Origin: Carcharhinus amblyrhynchos
Taxonomy: Eukaryota
Direction: 5' to 3'
DNA: 64,000 bases
Assembly: GCA_965287045.1 (NCBI GenBank)
Contig: OZ336895.1
Location: forward strand, 31,806,001-31,870,000
Part shown: piece after piece, positions 62,430-64,000 of the stretch
Layout: each line of letters begins with the position of its first letter
Position numbering within the stretch: position 1 is the first letter of the stretch
Made by a program: the position numbers and the translations under genes
Notes under the pieces: model-generated
Database searches by the model: none
Told to the model about the DNA's origin: nothing
What the model saw: the letters and a program-made list of their open reading frames with translations, nothing else

Positions 62430-62657
62430 TGTGGAATGACTGATTGACTTTCCTGTAGGACTCGCTGAATATGAGCTCCCTGGGGATTGGTAATTAACTA
62501 ACGTATACCAAGCCTTGTATGAAGCAGACCCCTGAGCGGGTCTATAATTGCATTGTCCCAGCTGGAACCTGTTTGTGTTCACCACAGTTTTGTTTTACTT
62601 TATTTTGTGCAATAAAGCACTGTTCCTTTATAGCCAACTCCTGGAGTTACTATAACC
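62430..62657 (+). mobile_element. Probable solo LTR inside the Gypsy RT
   Basis: Starts TGT, contains TATAA and AATAAA, and interrupts RT between NLKL and KYTGHV. Right end and TSD are degenerate. Confidence 0.55.
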
Positions 62658-63429
62658 TTCAGTTTATTCTTAATAAGTTTCAGGTTCATCAGGTAAGCTC
62701 TGTCTAGTCGTCTCACTAGATTCTGATCATGGTCTGCGATGGTTTCTTCCATCATGTTCATGTACTAGCAGATCTTTCAGCATCATATCCACTCCTGGAG
62801 GATCACTGCTGACCTCATGCAGTCTGCATTGATACTCACCCAAGGTGGTAAAAATGCCAAACAGCATGCACAACCAACTATATGTCCCAAATGGCATCCA
62901 GAATGTAGTCCAAACACTCATGCTTTCATCCAACTTCACTTACTAGTGTCCATCCTTCACATCGAGCCTGGTATCCAAAACCTATGCCTTGGAAAGTTGT
63001 GGCAGAATTGGGATAGTGAGGATTCTTCAACGTTTTATTGAGGTCTTTTGGATCTATGCACACTGTCAGCTTTTCCACTCCCTTCTCTCTGAAACCATTC
63101 TGCTAATCGAGACTGTAGGAGTTGTCGCTTTCCTGATTTCTCCAATGGTTTCAAGTTCCTCCATCGTGTCTTTCAAGCTAGACTCGAGGTCAGCTGGAAC
63201 TCCCCTCGGAAGATGTGGAATTCGTCTCACACTCTCATTGTCGTCAAGGTGATTTTTGTCAGAAAGACATCCAAGAGCCATGGAAACATCTTTGTAATTC
63301 TTCAGGATTTGTTCGTCAGTCAATGGCTTTGTGCCGTGTGAATTACTGCGAACCTTGTCTGGTCCTCGGATGGGTTACCAGTCCAAGCTTTTGACTTGTG
63401 GCAGTTGAGACGAGGGTTTCCTTTTTTAA

Positions 63430-63725
63430 AAATTTATTTATTAGTGTCACAAGCAGGTTTACATTAACACTGCAATGAAGTTACTGTGAAAATCCCCTAG
63501 TCGCCACACTCCAGCACCTGTTCGGGTACACTGAGGGAGAATTTAGCCTGACCAATGCACCCAATCAGCACGTCTTTCAGAGAAAATCAGAGCACCCGAA
63601 GGAAACTCACGCAGACACAGGGAGAACATACAAACTCCGCACAGGCAGTGATCCAAGCTGGGAATCAAACCCAGGGATCCTGGTGTTGTGAGGCAGCAGT
63701 GCTAACCACTGCCTCACTGTGCAAT
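63430..63725 (-). mobile_element. V-SINE, type B
   Basis: Head, V-domain and type B tail, inside the Gypsy pol. Confidence 0.88.
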
Positions 63726-64000
63726 CCATTCTATTTTAGTGTCTATCAGGTGGGACTGCATATTTTCTTTCTTCCTCTTGCATTGGACTGTCTGTCTAGT
63801 TTGTCCTCTTGGAGTGTGCCCAGTCCATCACTTAGCCTCAACTTGACCTTTATTTTCAGGTCACCATCTTGAGCAACTTCACACAGAGTGTGTAAAGCCC
63901 ATGATGTTGCAAGTTGCACCAGTGTCTACCTGACACTTCACATTAACTTGATGTTCTCCTTCTGTAGTCATCTTCCAATAGTCACAAACTGTTTCTTTTT

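Larger units (their letters stand above)
55960..64000 (-). mobile_element. Decayed Ty3/Gypsy pol, split by nested insertions (pol pieces about 55960-56481 and 62081-64000)
   Basis: Protease VKCQVDTGATCNIM (about 63901-63942) and RT TTFWMPFGTYSWLCMLFGI and DHDQNLVRRLDRA. RNase H LQCDARLTGLAGTL...VFASKALTQNE continues after the inserts as YTQIEK..FACEHF...DSDHRPL. Confidence 0.92.

Overview
Eukaryotic, repeat-rich vertebrate DNA. The SINE/LINE repertoire (HE1-type V-SINEs, Deu-domain SINEs, CR1, Rex1, Tx1, Penelope) points to a shark or other elasmobranch. The window lies inside one + strand gene: six consecutive GT-AG Sema-domain exons of a class-6 semaphorin, best matching SEMA6B (1214-1304, 2977-3096, 6358-6446, 11017-11234, 49465-49596, 55118-55267), all phase-compatible. 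The rest is intron. The most notable item is a decayed, apparently non-autonomous LTR element (56516-61927, minus strand, tRNA-Ser-type PBS). Instead of gag/pol it carries intronless cohesin SMC1 (SMC1B-like) sequence in scrambled order. The end of exon 6 is fused to the start of exon 2 at base precision (58414/58413), as expected for a back-splice junction. That element sits in a Harbinger-type MITE, which sits in a Gypsy pol. Other oddities: a stack of about 7 Tx1 3' ends, a 2.1 kb CpG-rich 16-bp minisatellite, a young inverted CR1 pair bracketing two exons, V-SINEs with two alternative LINE-like tails, and decayed Penelope hammerheads. Homology calls come from manual translation and remembered reference sequences. 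No database search was run, and repeat boundaries are approximate.
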